A DNA stretch of 64,000 nucleotides from an uncultured Gammaproteobacteria bacterium (GCA_963699925.1 CAVOVT010000013.1:25187-89186); one strand, 5' to 3'. Positions 26,525-38,542 are shown, counted from the stretch's first letter. Translations and numbers: made by a program. Notes: generated by a model not told the origin, from the letters alone.

Positions 26525-29241
26525 ATGGCTAACCCCCGGGAATTAGCCGAACAGGCCTTCTCGCTTCTCCAGAACGCGCTACGCGATTCGGAGACGCGTG
26601 CATCGGACCTCGACGAGCAGTTGAAGCGCAAACGTGCGCCGAAGAACAAGCTCGAAGAGCAGCTCGACGTCCTGACTCACCGGCTCGAGGCCGTCGAGGC
26701 CGAGCGCACGCGCTGGCAGCAACAGGCGAGCCACCTCGAGGAAGTCGCCGAGGCCGAACGCACGAAAGTCGCGCAGTTGCGGAAGAAGCTCGAAGTGGCC
26801 GAATCCGGCCCCGAGAAGCTCACGAAGAAGGAAGTGAACTTCTGGCGCGCGAAAGCCGAGGAGTTCACGGGCGAGACGCAAGATTACCGCGACCGGCTCG
26901 CCGCGTTGCGCCGCGAGGTCATCGAGCGCGATGCGCTGATCGAGACGCTGCGCGACGGGCAGACGCAGGTCCCCGCGGCGCTACCGACGTCGCCGCCGCC
27001 CGATGGTGCCCAAGCGGTCCCGGCCGAGCCGTCCGCGCAAGCGGGTTCGGATGCCGAGAATTTGCGCGCCCTGCTCGCCGAGCGCGAGCGCCAAGTCGAC
27101 GAGCTCCAGGCCGAGCTCGCGGCCGCTCGCGAGACCGAATACGACGCCGCGCCCGAGCAGTCGCTCGAGATCCAGGCTCGAATCGAGACGCTGTCGCGCC
27201 AAGTCGCGTCGTTCGACCAGGCGCTGAACGAGGCGCACACCGCTCGGGCCGCCGCAAGATCGGAGCTTGCGGCGGCGCGCGCCGAGCTCGAGCCCGCGCA
27301 GCGCTCCGCTCGCGAGGCGCTGGCCTCGGCGGAACGGACGCGCGCGATGCTCAGCGAGCGCGAGCAGCGGATCGTCGAGCTGTCGGCCGAAGTGGAATCC
27401 GCGCGTCAGCGCGCCGCGGCCGAGCGCGACGCGGTCGCGGCAGCGCGGGGCGACCTCGAGCAGCTGCGCACCGCCGCCGCGGAGTCGCGGCAGCGCGCGG
27501 AGCAACTCGACGGAGAGCTCGAGCAACGCGCGCCAAGCGCTCGCTCAGCAATCCCAATTCGCGCGAGAGGCCGCCGCAATGGGCCACGCCGCGCAAGGCG
27601 CCCTCTCCGACCTCGAGGCTCAGCTGCTCGCGTTGCGCGCGCACGTGGAAGCCAGCGACCGCGAGATCGCAGAGCGGGATCGGCGGATCACGGATCTCGA
27701 GCAGTCGGTCGCGGCGGCCCGCGACGAGATCGAACGGACGGAACACGAGCTCGGCCGCGTCGAGACCGAGCGGGCGGATGTCGAGCAGCGCGCACAAGAT
27801 TTGGACCAACGGCGGCAGCAAACGGAGCAGCGCGCGCACGAGCTCGAGCGCGAGCTCGACGGCCGCAGCGAGCAGCTCGACGAGCGCGTGCGGGCACAGG
27901 CCGCCGTGAGCGCGCAGCTCGAGCAAGCTCGCGCGATGCTCGAGGCCGGCGACCGCGAGCTCGCGAGCATGCGCGACACGCTGCTCGGCGCGAATCGCGA
28001 GATCGAGCAGCTGCGGAGCCAAATCCATCAGCTCGACGGCTCGCTCGCGAGCTCGCTCGCTCGGGCCGACGACGCTGCTGCGCAGCTCTCGCTCGCGCAC
28101 GACGAGCTCCGCTCGTTCGCGGAGCGTCATGCCGAGCTCGAGCGCCAGCGCGACGAAATCGGCGCGCAGGTCGCGGGCCTCGAGGCCGATCTCAAGGACG
28201 AGAAAGAGAACGCCGAGAATTTCGGCGAGATCGCGAACGAGCGCCGCGAGCTGCTCACGAAGCTCGAGGAGAAGGTCGAGGAAGCCGAGGAGCGCTACGA
28301 GGACGCGAAGTACCGGCTCACGAAAACCGCGCACTTCGAACGGCTCGTGAAGCGCCGCAAGGGACTCGTGACGAAGCTCTTGAACGCGCTGCGCCAGAAG
28401 CAGAAGGCCAACACCGCGCTGAAGGCGGGTCTCGACGGCCTGCGCACCTACAAAGCCGGCGCGGAGATGAATCAGCAGAAGCTCCTGCAGCGCATCGACT
28501 CGCTGAAGGTGGAGATCAAGGAAGCCGAGGAGACGATCGCGCGTCATCACGGCACGACCAGCGCGAAGGAGGAGCTCGCAACGTCGACGACGAAGGTCAC
28601 CGCGCTCGAGCAGCGTCTCAACGCGCAGGCCGAGGTGATCCAGACGCTCGAGAGCGACCTCAAGGCGGCGCGCTCGCTGGCCAAGTCCGGCGACGACAAG
28701 AATCACGAGATCGAGCGCCTCCACCGGGAGCTCGAGACGAAGATCGAAGGTGATCGCTCAGCTGCAAGCCGACGTCGACGACCTGCAGCGCAAGCTCGCG
28801 AAGCTGCGCGGCAGCGAGGGCGAGACGATGCGGCTCAAGGCGGCGACCGAGAAGGATCGCACCGAGATAGACGCGCTCGAGCGCGAAGTCGCGCAGCTGC
28901 GCGAAGCGCTGTCGCGGCAGAGCTCGGGTAGTGGCGCCGGCGCGGCCGCGGCAGAGCTCGAGTCGAAGCTGCGCGGCAGCGAGCAGTCCGTGACGCGGCT
29001 CATGGGCACGATCAAAGAGCACGAAGCGACGATCAAGAAGCTCAACGAGTCGGCCGAGTCGTGGAAGCGCAAATATCAATTCCTCTCGTCCGATAGCCCC
29101 GACGCTTACAAGACCTCCTCCGAACCCCAAGTAGGCGGGCGCGGACCTCAGGATGGAAACGCTAGCCGACGCGTTCGACTTCACCGCTGCACTGCACGAC
29201 CGCGGCGTCACGTTCGCGAGTCTCGGCGTCGGCGTACGTGA
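26525..29241 (+). pseudogene. very long (about 870 aa) almost entirely coiled-coil protein, at least two frame breaks
   Basis: Three consecutive ORF pieces carry the same E/R/A/L/Q heptad-like composition: 26525..(27525), the frame of 27267..28931, and 28750..29241. The junctions near 27525 and 28749 read through smoothly (ELEQ/ARQALAQQ and LETKIE/VIAQLQAD). The true stop is uncertain: 29132 is possible, or 29241. Confidence 0.65.
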
Positions 29242-30023
29242 TTTTCCTCGCGAGCTGCCTGGTGACGGCGGGCATGTATTCCGGCGCGCGTAAACACCTC
29301 GTCGTCGCGCCAAACCGCGGGTCGCGCAACTACGCCCTATATGTGATCGCGGTGCTCCTCACGCTACTGGTCGCGACCGCGCTCGAGAACGAGCTCTCAC
29401 ACACGGCCGTGCCGACGCTGCGCTACGTCGCCTACCCGCAGATCCTGTTCCTCATCGCGGCGCACGTTTGGGTCGCGTATCGGACCGAGCCTTGGACCAT
29501 TCAGCTCGGTGCATCGTCGCTGATCGGGTCCGCTTTGGTCGGGGCCGCGGCCGCGGCCGCGACCGACTCGTTTCGCATCGCGCACGGCGTCACGCTGCTG
29601 GTGATCGCAGGGGTCCTCGGCTTCCTTTGGTACGGCGCGATCTCGACGAAGCGCGCGTTCGTGAGCGCCGACTCGATCTACGTGCGCTCGAAGGAGAACC
29701 TCGACTCTACGCCCAAGCCACAGAAGCCGTGGCTCGGCGTGCCGCATTGCGCGGCGCTCGTCGCGGCGAGTGTCGCGCTCGCGATCGCGAACTCGTTGCT
29801 GCGCGGCCGCGGGCTCGAGGACATCCCGGCCATCGACGTCGCAGCCGAGTCCGGAGCTCTCATGCTCGTCACGGCATTCGTCTGCGCGGTGCCCGCGGCG
29901 GGCTATTGGATCGCGCGCAAGACCTGGATGCCGGAGCTTACGCGCTTCGCGTGGCTCGCGTGGATCGTCGTCGGTTTCGCTTTCACGTACGGCAACTACC
30001 TCACGAACCTCGCAAAGGCTTGA
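29153..30023 (+). CDS. polytopic (about 7 TM) membrane protein, hypothetical
   Basis: ORF 29238..30023 (GTG). An upstream ATG 29153 (METLADAFDFTAALHDRGVTFASLGVGV) in another frame would join into one TM helix with VIFLASCLVTAGMY if one base near 29235 is wrong. The safe core is 29238..30023. Confidence 0.6.
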
Positions 30024-30636
30024 GCCGCGTCAAGAGATGCGGCATGAGATCGTCGCGGAAGCGCGCGAGCTCGTCGACGCCGCAGAGCGTCCGTAGATCC
30101 GTCACCTCGAGCCCTTCGTAACCGCACGGATTGATCCCCGCAAACGGCTCGAGATCCATCGCGACGTTCACCGCGAGCCCGTGGTACGAGCAGTGGCGCC
30201 GCACGCGTAATCCGATGGCGCCGAGTTTCTTGCCGTCGACGTAGATTCCGGGCGCATCGCGGCGCGCGACGGCGGTCACGCCATGGCCCGCTACGGTGTC
30301 GATCACCGCGCTCTCGAGCGCCTGCACGAGCGTGCGCGGGTTGAAGCCCAGACGGCGCAGGTCGAGCAAGACGTATACGACGAGCTGACCCGGCCCGTGG
30401 TACGTGACCTGTCCGCCACGATCGATCTGAACGACCGGGATCCCGCCACTCGCGAGGACGTGCCGGCGGTCGGCGCGCATGCCGAGCGTGTAGACCGGCG
30501 GATGCTCGACGAACCAGATTTCGTCGCGGGTGTCCTCGGCACGCTCGGACGTGAACGTCTGCATGTCCGCCCAGACGTCGGGCAGCGGCCTGAAGCCGAG
30601 ATCGCGGATCAGAACCGGCGGCGCGGCGGCGCTCAC
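30001..30636 (-). CDS. lipB: octanoyltransferase (lipoyl(octanoyl) transferase)
   Basis: GTG 30636 overlaps the ybeD stop (GTGA). Motifs are IWFVEHPPVYTLG, RGGQVTYHGPGQLV and KKLGAIGLRV. It lies inside ORF 30001..30915. Confidence 0.9.
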   Translation of the reverse strand: MSAAAPPVLIRDLGFRPLPDVWADMQTFTSERAEDTRDEIWFVEHPPVYTLGMRADRRHVLASGGIPVVQIDRGGQVTYHGPGQLVVYVLLDLRRLGFNPRTLVQALESAVIDTVAGHGVTAVARRDAPGIYVDGKKLGAIGLRVRRHCSYHGLAVNVAMDLEPFAGINPCGYEGLEVTDLRTLCGVDELARFRDDLMPHLLTRLKPLRGS

Positions 30637-30893
30637 AGCACCATCATGATTTGCGGCGCCGCGACGAGGTCGTTGTAGACGGCGTCGATCTGGTCGCGGC
30701 TCTCGGCCCGCACGGTAATCGTGAGGCTGAGATAGGCGCCTTCGCGGCTCAGCTGCTCGGCGACGCGGTGCTGTTCGCCGTAGTGCGCGCGCACGATCGC
30801 CAACGCGGCATCGCGAAACGCGGAGTCGTTGCGGCCGAGCACCTTGATCGGCAGGTCGCACGGGAACGCGAGCAGAGACGAGTCGCGGCTCAC
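30633..30893 (-). CDS. ybeD: YbeD-family (DUF493) protein
   Basis: ORF 30633..30893, 86 aa (FPCDLPIKVLGRN...). It sits in the canonical position between dac and lipB. Confidence 0.85.
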   Translation of the reverse strand: MSRDSSLLAFPCDLPIKVLGRNDSAFRDAALAIVRAHYGEQHRVAEQLSREGAYLSLTITVRAESRDQIDAVYNDLVAAPQIMMVL

Positions 30894-32033
30894 TCGAGCA
30901 GCTGGCCGAGCCCACTCACGACTTTCGTCCAGACGCCGCCCTCGAGCACGGGCTTGAGCACGATGAGCGGCAAGCTCGCGAGCGGACTGCCCTCGAACGA
31001 GACCCGCATCTCGCCGACTCGCGTGCCCTCGCGCAGCGGCGCGATGAGCTGCGCCGTGAGATCCGTGGTCGCTGCGAGCGCGGCGTACGTGCCGCGCGGA
31101 ATCGTGACGAATAGGTCGTGCTCGAGGCCGAGCGACGCCGTCTCGGGCGAGCCGCCGGCGACGCGCGCGGCGCTGATTGGCTCGCCGGCCGCGTACAGCC
31201 GGTGTGTCTCGAAGTTCGCGAACCCGTACTGCAGCAGCGCCTGCGCAGCGTTGTTGCGGATCTTCGGCGACTGGGCGCCGAGCACCACCGCGATCAGCCG
31301 CATGCCGCCACGCTGCGCCGAGCTCACGATGCAGTATCCCGCCGCCGCCGTGAATCCCGTCTTCATGCCGTCGACGCCGAGGTCGCGCGAAAGCAGCGCA
31401 TTGCGGTTCTGCTGCGTGATTCCGTTGTAGCTGAACTCGCGCTCGGCGTAGAGGCCGTAGTACTTCGGGAACGTGGCGATGATCGCCCTCGCGAGAACGC
31501 CTAAGTCGTGCGCGCTGCTCACATGGCCCCGCGCGGGCAAGCCGGTCGGATTCTTGAACACGCTGTTCTTCATCCCGAGCGCCGCGGCCTTTTCGTTCAT
31601 CAGCGCGACGAACGCCTCGACCGAGCCCGCGACGTGCTCCGCGAGCGCGGTGCTCGCATCGTTACCGGATTGGATCAACATGCCGTCGCACGAGGTCCTC
31701 GACGCGCACGCGCGAGTTCACGTCTATGAACATCCGCGAGCCGCCGGTCCGCCACGCCTTCTTGCTCACGAGCGCTTCGTCGTCGAGGTGGATCCTGCCG
31801 GCCTCGAGTGCCTCGAACACGACGTAAGCCGTCATCAGCTTCGTGAGGCTCGCGGGCGGAACCGGCTCGTCGGCATCGCCTGCGGAAAGCACCGTGTTGC
31901 TCGCGTAGTCGACGAGATAGTGCTCCGTGGCGGCGACACGCGGCGGCGGCCCAACGTGCGTGTCCTCCGCCCCGGCGTTTGCGACTCCGGCGGCGAACGA
32001 GATCAGAGCGAAGGCAAGACAGACACGAATCAC
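30890..32033 (-). pseudogene. D-alanyl-D-alanine carboxypeptidase (PBP5/6 family), one frame break
   Basis: The N-terminal part is ORF 31662..32033, with a signal peptide and the SLTKLMT active-site SxxK. The C-terminal part is ORF 30890..31681 (MLIQSGNDAS, KTGFT). The junction near 31684-31688 behaves as a 1-nt insertion. Confidence 0.85.
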
Positions 32034-32049
32034 CGATTTCTCCCCAACG

Positions 32050-32950
32050 TCAGCGTGCGGTCACGAGCTGCGACTCGCCGAACCCCAGCGAGCGCAGCCG
32101 CGCGCGGACTTCATCGAATTCCTGGTCGTCGCGCAACGGGCCGAGCCGCACGCGATGCAAGCGTGCGTCGGCCGTCCGCGTCGCTCACGACGAACGCGTT
32201 CACGAAGCCGTTCACGCGCAGCCGCTCGACGAGTCGCGCGGCATTCGCGCCGTCGCCGAACGCACCGACCTGCGCGAACAGCGCGGCCTGGCCGAGCGCG
32301 GCCGAGTCGGCCGCCGCGGACCCGGGCGCCGTCGCCGCGTCGGCCGACGTGACCAAGGCGATCCCCGCCACACCGACGCCGGGATCGGTCGCCGCGGCCT
32401 GCACGGTCGTAACCGGCGGCGGCGCGCTCGCCGTAACCACCGGCGGCGTGCCGGGCGGGGAGCCCAGCGCGCGCACTTCGACGCGCGCGGTGCCGTTGCG
32501 CACCATGTCGAGCTGCACCGCGGCGGCGTAGGAGAGATCGATGAGCCGGTTGTCGACGAACGGGCCGCGGTCGTTGACCTTCACGACGACCCGCTTGCCG
32601 TTCTCGAGGTTCGTGACTTCGACCCAGGTCGGGATCGGCAGCGTCGTGTGCGCGGCCGTCATCGCGTTCATGTTGTAGGTCTCGCCGCTCGACGTCGCGA
32701 GGCCGTGAAAATCGCGCCCGTACCAGGATGCGACGCCGCGCGCGCGATAGCCCTCGCTCGTCGGCAACACGTGATAGCGCCTGCCGAGCACGTCGTAGAA
32801 CGGCGGGTTGCCGCGATCAGCGTGCGCGCTCGCGCCCCCCGGCACGGCGTCCGCCGGAGGTGCCCGCAGCGCGTTCGAGGCGCAGCCCCACTGCAACGCC
32901 ATGGCGCCCAAGACGGCGAGCAGCGCGGCGCCGCGCGTCGTCGGCATCAT
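32050..32950 (-). pseudogene. rlpA: rare lipoprotein A (DPBB domain + C-terminal SPOR domain), one frame break
   Basis: ATG 32950 (MMPTTRGAALLAVLGAMALQWGC). GVASWYGRDFHGLATSSGETY and VNDRGPF mark the DPBB domain. The SPOR end (TADARLHRVRLGPLRDDQEFDEVRARLRSLGF...TAR-stop 32050) lies in another frame, with the switch near 32175. Confidence 0.85.
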
Positions 32951-34085
32951 GGGGGCGCGCTCCGGGCGGACAGCGCCGCGTGCGCGAGCTCGGCGGCGAC
33001 GACGGCGGTGTCTTTCGCATTCGGGCTCGCGTTCGCCGCATAGCTCGAGCGAATCGCTTGGCCGAGCTGGTGCGCCGCGAGCGCGTACTTCGGGCTGCGG
33101 TTGTACCGCGTGATCACGCGAAAGTTGTGATATCCGATCCAGAACTCCGAGCTGCCGCCGTGCGCCTCGAGCGCGAACGCGGCCGCCGGCGCGTCGGGCG
33201 GACTCGCTCGTCGTGAATACGTAGCCCTGCTTCTCGAGCGAGCCCACGGTTTCCGCGAGCTCGAGCGCGTTGCTCGGCTCGGGCCCGCTCCACCCCGCCG
33301 AGCGCGTCGCCGGATCGGCAACGGGCTCGCCGGTCTGCCAGCCGTTCTTCTTGAAGTAGTTTGCGATGCTGCCGAGCACGTCGGCCCAGTCGTTCCAGAT
33401 GTCGCGCTTGCCGTCGCCGTCCGCGTCGACCGCGTAGGTCCTGAAGCTCGACGGGATGAACTGGCCCGCGCCCATGGCGCCCGCGTAGGAGCCGAGCGGC
33501 GTCTTCGGGATCGAGGCCTTCCTCGCGCGTGAGCAGCAGGAATTGCTCGAGCTCGCCGCTGAAGAACTTCGCGCGCGGCGGATAGGCGAACGCGAGCGTC
33601 GCGAGCGAGTCGAGCACTCGATATTTGCCCGTGCGTTGGCCGAAATAGGTCTCGACGCCGACGATCGCGACGAGCATCTCGGGCGCGACGCCGTAACGCT
33701 CGGAGATCGTTTGAATCGTCGCGGCGTGCTCCGTCCAGAACCGCGTGCCCGCCGCGATCCGCGCCTCGTTGACGAAGATCGCACGGTACTCGTACCACGG
33801 CACGACGCGCTCGGCCGGCCGCGAGATCGCATCGAGGATCGCTGGGTCGATCGTCGCCGAGCGCAGCGCCGCGGTCAGCGCGGCGCGGTCGAAGCCGTGC
33901 TCGGCGACCATCTTGTCGAGGAACGCGGTCCGGGCCTTCTCGACGTTCGCCTTATCGTCGGCGTGCGCGAGCACGGAGAACGCGAGAGCGCCGAGCGCGA
34001 CGAGCAGGCCGCGCGCGACGGGGCGCGCGCGTGTCGCACTCCGAGAGCCCGTGCTTGCGGTTGTGGTCGGCTGTGCGCCGTTCAT
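32947..34085 (-). pseudogene. mltB: lytic murein transglycosylase B, two frame breaks
   Basis: ATG 34085 overlaps the rodA stop (ATGA). The gene has three pieces. Piece 1 is in the frame of ORF 33114..34823 (...[25 protein letters not shown]). Piece 2 is in the frame of ORF 32111..33832 ([20 protein letters not shown]...DIWND). Piece 3 is in the frame of ORF 32947..33798 ([32 protein letters not shown]). The frames switch near 33504 and 33203. Confidence 0.8.
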
Positions 34086-35217
34086 GGCGCGAGAAGCTTC
34101 CGGTGGCCGCCAATCGCGGCGAGCATACCGAAGCCGGCGAGCAGGGTCACCATCGACGTGCCGCCCGCGCTCACGAGCGGCAGCGGCACGCCGACGATCG
34201 GCAAGAGCCCGGACACCATGCCCGCGTTCACGAACACGTAGAAGAAGAACGTGAGCGACAAGCGTGCCCGCGAGCAAGCGCGTGAACGTGTCCTGTGCCT
34301 GCGACGCGATCCAGAGGCCGCGGCCGACGAGCGCGAGATAGAGCACGAGCAGCAGCAGCAGGCCGAGCAGCCCGAACTCCTCGCCCATCACCGCGAAGAT
34401 GAAGTCGGTCGAGCGCTCCGGCAGGAACTCGAGATGCGCCTGCGTGCCGTTCATCCAGCCCTTGCCGAACAGGCCACCCGAGCCGATCGCGATCTTCGCT
34501 TGGATCGTGTTGTAGCCCGCGCCGAGCGGATCGGACTCGGGGTTCAGGAACATGAACACGCGCGCGCGCTGGTAGTCGCGCATGTAATGCCAGAGCACGG
34601 GCACGGCGCCCGCCGCGAGCAGCACCGAGGCGAGGATCACGCGCACGCTGATTCCGGCGAGCAGGATCGCGAGGCCGCCCGCCGCGATCACGAGCATCGC
34701 GGTGCCGAGGTCGGGCTGCTCGGCGATCATCGCCGCCGGCACCATCACGATCAGCGTCATCGTGACGACCTGGAGGAACGTCGGCGGCAGCGGCCGGTCG
34801 TGCATGAACCACGCGACCATCATCGGCGCCGCGAGCTTCAGGAGCTCGGACGGCTGGAACGTGCACTACACCTAAGTCGAGCCAGCGCTGCGCGCCCTTG
34901 CCGATCTCGCCTTCGATCGCGACGGCGATCAGGAGCGCGACACCCAAGAAGAACGCCCACGGCGTCCAGATCCGCAGATACCGCGGCGGCACTTGCGAGA
35001 GCACGAAGAACGCCGCCATGCCGAATGCGAAGCGCAGCCCTTGGCGCAGGAAGAGCCCGGTGTTGGCGCCGAGCGCGCTGTAGAGCACGACGAAGCCGAC
35101 GCTCGCAGTCACGAGCAGCAGCACGAGCAGCGGCATGTCGATCACGAGGCCGCTGAAGCCGCGCGCCTTGCCGCCCGTCGGGCTCGTCCGGCCCCACTCA
35201 AGGCTCGCGAGCGACAT
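34082..35217 (-). pseudogene. rodA: peptidoglycan glycosyltransferase RodA (SEDS family), two frame breaks
   Basis: ATG 35217 is preceded by GGAGG. The N-terminal piece is in the frame of ORF 34228..37122. The middle piece ([20 protein letters not shown]...) is in ORF 33114..34823. The C-terminal piece ([36 protein letters not shown]...) is in a third frame and ends at TGA 34082..34084. The frames switch near 34860 and 34260. Confidence 0.85.
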
Positions 35218-37122
35218 AGCCCTCCGCCGTCGAAATACGCGTCGAACACCTTGCGCGCGACCGGCGCCGCGGCGCGCGCGCCGCCGCCGCCGTTCTCGAC
35301 GACGACCGCGAGCGCGATCCGCGGGTCGTCGGCCGGCGCAAACGCGACGAACAGGCCGTTGTCGCGCAGGCGCTCCTCGACGTCGGCTTCGCGGTACTTC
35401 TCGTCCTGACCGACCGTGAACACTTGCGCCGTGCCGGTCTTGCCCGCGACCTTGTAACTCGTGCCCTTCATCGGCGTGTGCGCCGTGCCGCGCGGATCGG
35501 CCGTCACGCCGACCATCGCGTCGTGCACGAACGTCCACTCCTCCGGTGTCGGACCTACGACGGGCGGGCGCGCGACGGGGTCCGTCCAGGTCATCTCGCG
35601 CGTCACGCCGTCCTCCGAGCCGATCAGCAAGCGCGGCGCGAACCGTTTGCCGCGCGCGGCCATCGCGGCGCCCGCGCTCGCGAGCTGCAGCGGCGTCACG
35701 AGCACGTAGCCCTGGCCGACGCCCGCGTTGATCGTGTCGCCCGGGAACCAGATCTGGTCCTCGCGGCGCTGGAACATTTTTCTCTTCCACTCGGCCGACG
35801 GTATGACGCCACTCTGCTCGCCGTTGATGTCGAGGCCCGTCGCCGCGCCGAAGCCCGAAGCGCTTCAATGCGGCCGACAGGTCGTTGATGCCGACGTCGA
35901 GCGCGAGCTGATAGAAGTAGACGTCGCACGAGCGCACGATCGCTTCGTGCAGGTTCACGTTGCCGTGCACGCCGCCGCGCCCCTCGCGGTACTTGTGCGT
36001 CTGCCCCGGCAAGTGGAATTCGCCCGGGCAATACATCTCCTTCTCCGGCGCGATCGTCTCGTGCTCGAGCGCCGCGAGCGCGATGAACGGCTTCACGGTC
36101 GAGCCCGGCGGATAGGTGCCCGCGAGCGCGCGGTTGAACAACGGCCGATCGGGGTCGGTGTTCAGCGCGACGAAGTCCTGGCGGCTCAAGCCTTCCGCAA
36201 AGCGATTCGGATCGAACGAGGGCGTGCTCACGAGCGCGAGCACGTCGCCGTTGCGCGGATCGATCGCGACGACGGCGCCACGCACGTCTCCGAGCGCGGC
36301 CTGCGCCGCGAGCTGAAGGCGCATGTCGATCGACAGCACGATGTTGTTGCCGGGCACCGGCTGCTTCGCCTTCGGCATGCCCGTGATCTCGGCCTCGTCG
36401 GCCTGGTTCTGCACGGTCGGATCGAACAGTACGCGTCCCTGCGCGTTCACGACTTGGTGGCGATAACCCACGTGTCCGTGCAGCGCGCCCTCGTACGAGC
36501 GCTCGACGCCGCTCTTGCCGATGTGCGAGGTCGCGGCGTAGTCGCTGCGATCGATCCGCTCGAGATCCTGGAGGCTGATGCTGCCGACGTAACCGATCGC
36601 GTGCGCGCTCGCCTCGCCGAACGGATAGTGGCGCGCGAGCGCCTCCTGGATGTCGACGCCGGGGAAGCGATGGCGGCGCACCGCAAATATCGCGGCCTGC
36701 TCCTCGGTGAGGTTGCTGAGCTTCACGCGCTCGAAGCCGCGATGCGAGCGCACGAGGTCGCGCAACGACTTGTGCTCGCTCGGATCGACGAGCCCCAGCG
36801 CCTCGAGCTGCTTCAGCGTGTCGTCGAGATTGCCGATTTCCTCCGCGATCGCGACGAGCTCCCAGCTCGGCAGATTGTCCGCGATCACGACTCCGTTGCG
36901 GTCGTAAACGAGCCCGCGCGTCGGCGGCAGCGGCTCGAGCCTGAAGCGGTTGCCTTGCGACAGCTCCGTGAAGCGGTCGTACTCGACGATCTGCAGCACG
37001 ACGAGCCGCGCGACGAGCAGGCCCGACAGGAGCACGATGATCACAGCGGCCGCGATGATCCGCGTCAGGAACAGCCGGTGCTCCTGCCAGTGATCCTTGA
37101 GCCGCGTGGTCTGCAACGGCAT
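35142..37122 (-). pseudogene. mrdA: penicillin-binding protein 2 (elongasome transpeptidase), one frame break
   Basis: The N-terminal two thirds are in ORF 34228..37122 (MPLQTTRLKDHWQEHRLF...; the STVKP active site lies within GSTVKPFIALAA). The C-terminal part is in ORF 35142..35777 (KMFQRREDQIWFPGDTINAGVGQGY...KTGTAQV). A 1-nt insertion near 35853 separates them. The stop position is taken from the ORF track, and the exact 3-prime end is uncertain. Confidence 0.9.
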
Positions 37123-37125
37123 CGT

Positions 37126-37614
37126 CTACAGCCTCGCGTGCGCTTCGCGCCGGCCGCTGTCGAATACCGCGAGCAGCGCGAGCCAAACGAGCGTGCCGGC
37201 GAGCGGCGGTCCCCAACGCTCCGACAGCGGCACGGTCCTGCCCGCGACGCCATCGATCCAGAACAAGATGAATTCGTAGAGCCCGAGCAGCACGAGAACG
37301 GTGAGCCCGAGCTGCGACGCCGGGAACACGCGGATCCGCAAGTGCAGGCGCTCGGCGAGGTACACGATCACGAGCAGCGCGAGCGCGTGCTGCCCGAGCA
37401 GCGAGCCCGTCAGCGTGTCGAGCACGATGCCCATCCAGAACGCAGTCAGCAGGCTGAAACGGCGCGGCGCCGTGAGCGACCAATAGAGCAGCACGACCGC
37501 GACCCAGTCCGGCCGGAACGAGGAGATCGCGTTCGGCAGCGGCACGAGCGACAGCGCGAGCGTGAGCACGAGGCTCAGCGCCGGGACGAACCAACTGCGG
37601 CTGCGTTCCGCCAT
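37126..37614 (-). CDS. mreD: rod shape-determining protein MreD
   Basis: ORF 37126..37614, 162 aa. It is a polytopic membrane protein (FRPDWVAVVLLYWSL...) positioned between mreC and mrdA. Confidence 0.85.
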   Translation of the reverse strand: MAERSRSWFVPALSLVLTLALSLVPLPNAISSFRPDWVAVVLLYWSLTAPRRFSLLTAFWMGIVLDTLTGSLLGQHALALLVIVYLAERLHLRIRVFPASQLGLTVLVLLGLYEFILFWIDGVAGRTVPLSERWGPPLAGTLVWLALLAVFDSGRREAHARL

Positions 37615-37627
37615 CTCCCGGGCCCTG

Positions 37628-38542
37628 CTACTTCGCCTTCGCGAGGCTCTCGGCCTCGGCGCTCCGCGGGCTCGCCGGCGCGTTCGCGCGCGGCGGCTCG
37701 TCGGCCGCGTTCCAGACGAGCAGCACCTCGCGGTCGCGATCGAGCGCCGACGCCGGCTCGGCCATGATCTCGGCGAACGACCGATCCGGGCGCCGCCGGA
37801 TCTCGGTGATGCGGCCGACCGGATAACCCGCTGGGAACACGCCGCCGAGCCCCGAGGACACGAGCAGGTCGCCCTTCTCGACGTCCGCGTTGTTCGTGAG
37901 GTACGGCAGCCGCAGCAAGCCGCTGTCGCCGGTGCCGACCGCGATCGTGCGTAACCCGTTGCGGTTGATGCTGACCGGCACCGCGTGGTCCGCGTCGGTG
38001 ATCAGCACGGCCTCGGAGGTGAACGGCCCGACCTTCACGGTCTGGCCCACGACGCCCTGCGCGTCGATCAGAGCCTGGCCGACGTAGACGCCGTCGAGGA
38101 GGCCGCGGTTCAGATTGAAGCGCTGGCGGTACGGATCGAGATCGACCGCGAGGATCTCGGCGATCAGCGCGCGGCTACCGACCCGCGCCTGGCTGTCGAG
38201 CAGCTCGCGCAACCGCGCGTTCTCGGTTTCGAGCGCGGCGAGGCGCTGGAGCCGGAATTCGGCGTTGAGCCGGTCGCGCTTGAGTTGCTCGTTCTCGGCG
38301 ACGAGCGCCTCCCGGGTCGCGAAGTTGGTGCGGAACGTGTCCCAGCCGCGGAACGGCAGGTCGACGACGATGCGCAGCGGATAGACGACCACCGACAACG
38401 CCTCGCGCACGCGCTCGACGTGCTGGTCGCGGTGGTCGAGGATCATCAGCGCGAAGCACGCAATCGACAGAAGCAGGAAGCGCGCGCCCATGGAGAACCC
38501 ACCGCGAGCCGGGCCAGTGGTGGTTCTTGCCGGAGCAGCCAT
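37628..38542 (-). CDS. mreC: rod shape-determining protein MreC
   Basis: ORF 37628..38542. It has an N-terminal TM helix, a coiled coil (ENEQLKRDRLNAEFRLQRLAALETENARLREL) and beta domains (VVGQTVKVGPFTSEAVLITD). Confidence 0.9.
   Translation of the reverse strand: MAAPARTTTGPARGGFSMGARFLLLSIACFALMILDHRDQHVERVREALSVVVYPLRIVVDLPFRGWDTFRTNFATREALVAENEQLKRDRLNAEFRLQRLAALETENARLRELLDSQARVGSRALIAEILAVDLDPYRQRFNLNRGLLDGVYVGQALIDAQGVVGQTVKVGPFTSEAVLITDADHAVPVSINRNGLRTIAVGTGDSGLLRLPYLTNNADVEKGDLLVSSGLGGVFPAGYPVGRITEIRRRPDRSFAEIMAEPASALDRDREVLLVWNAADEPPRANAPASPRSAEAESLAKAK

Noticed and set aside
35728-37767. 679-codon ORF on the plus strand
   Set aside because: It is antisense to mrdA, mreD and mreC, which have unmistakable protein motifs on the other strand.
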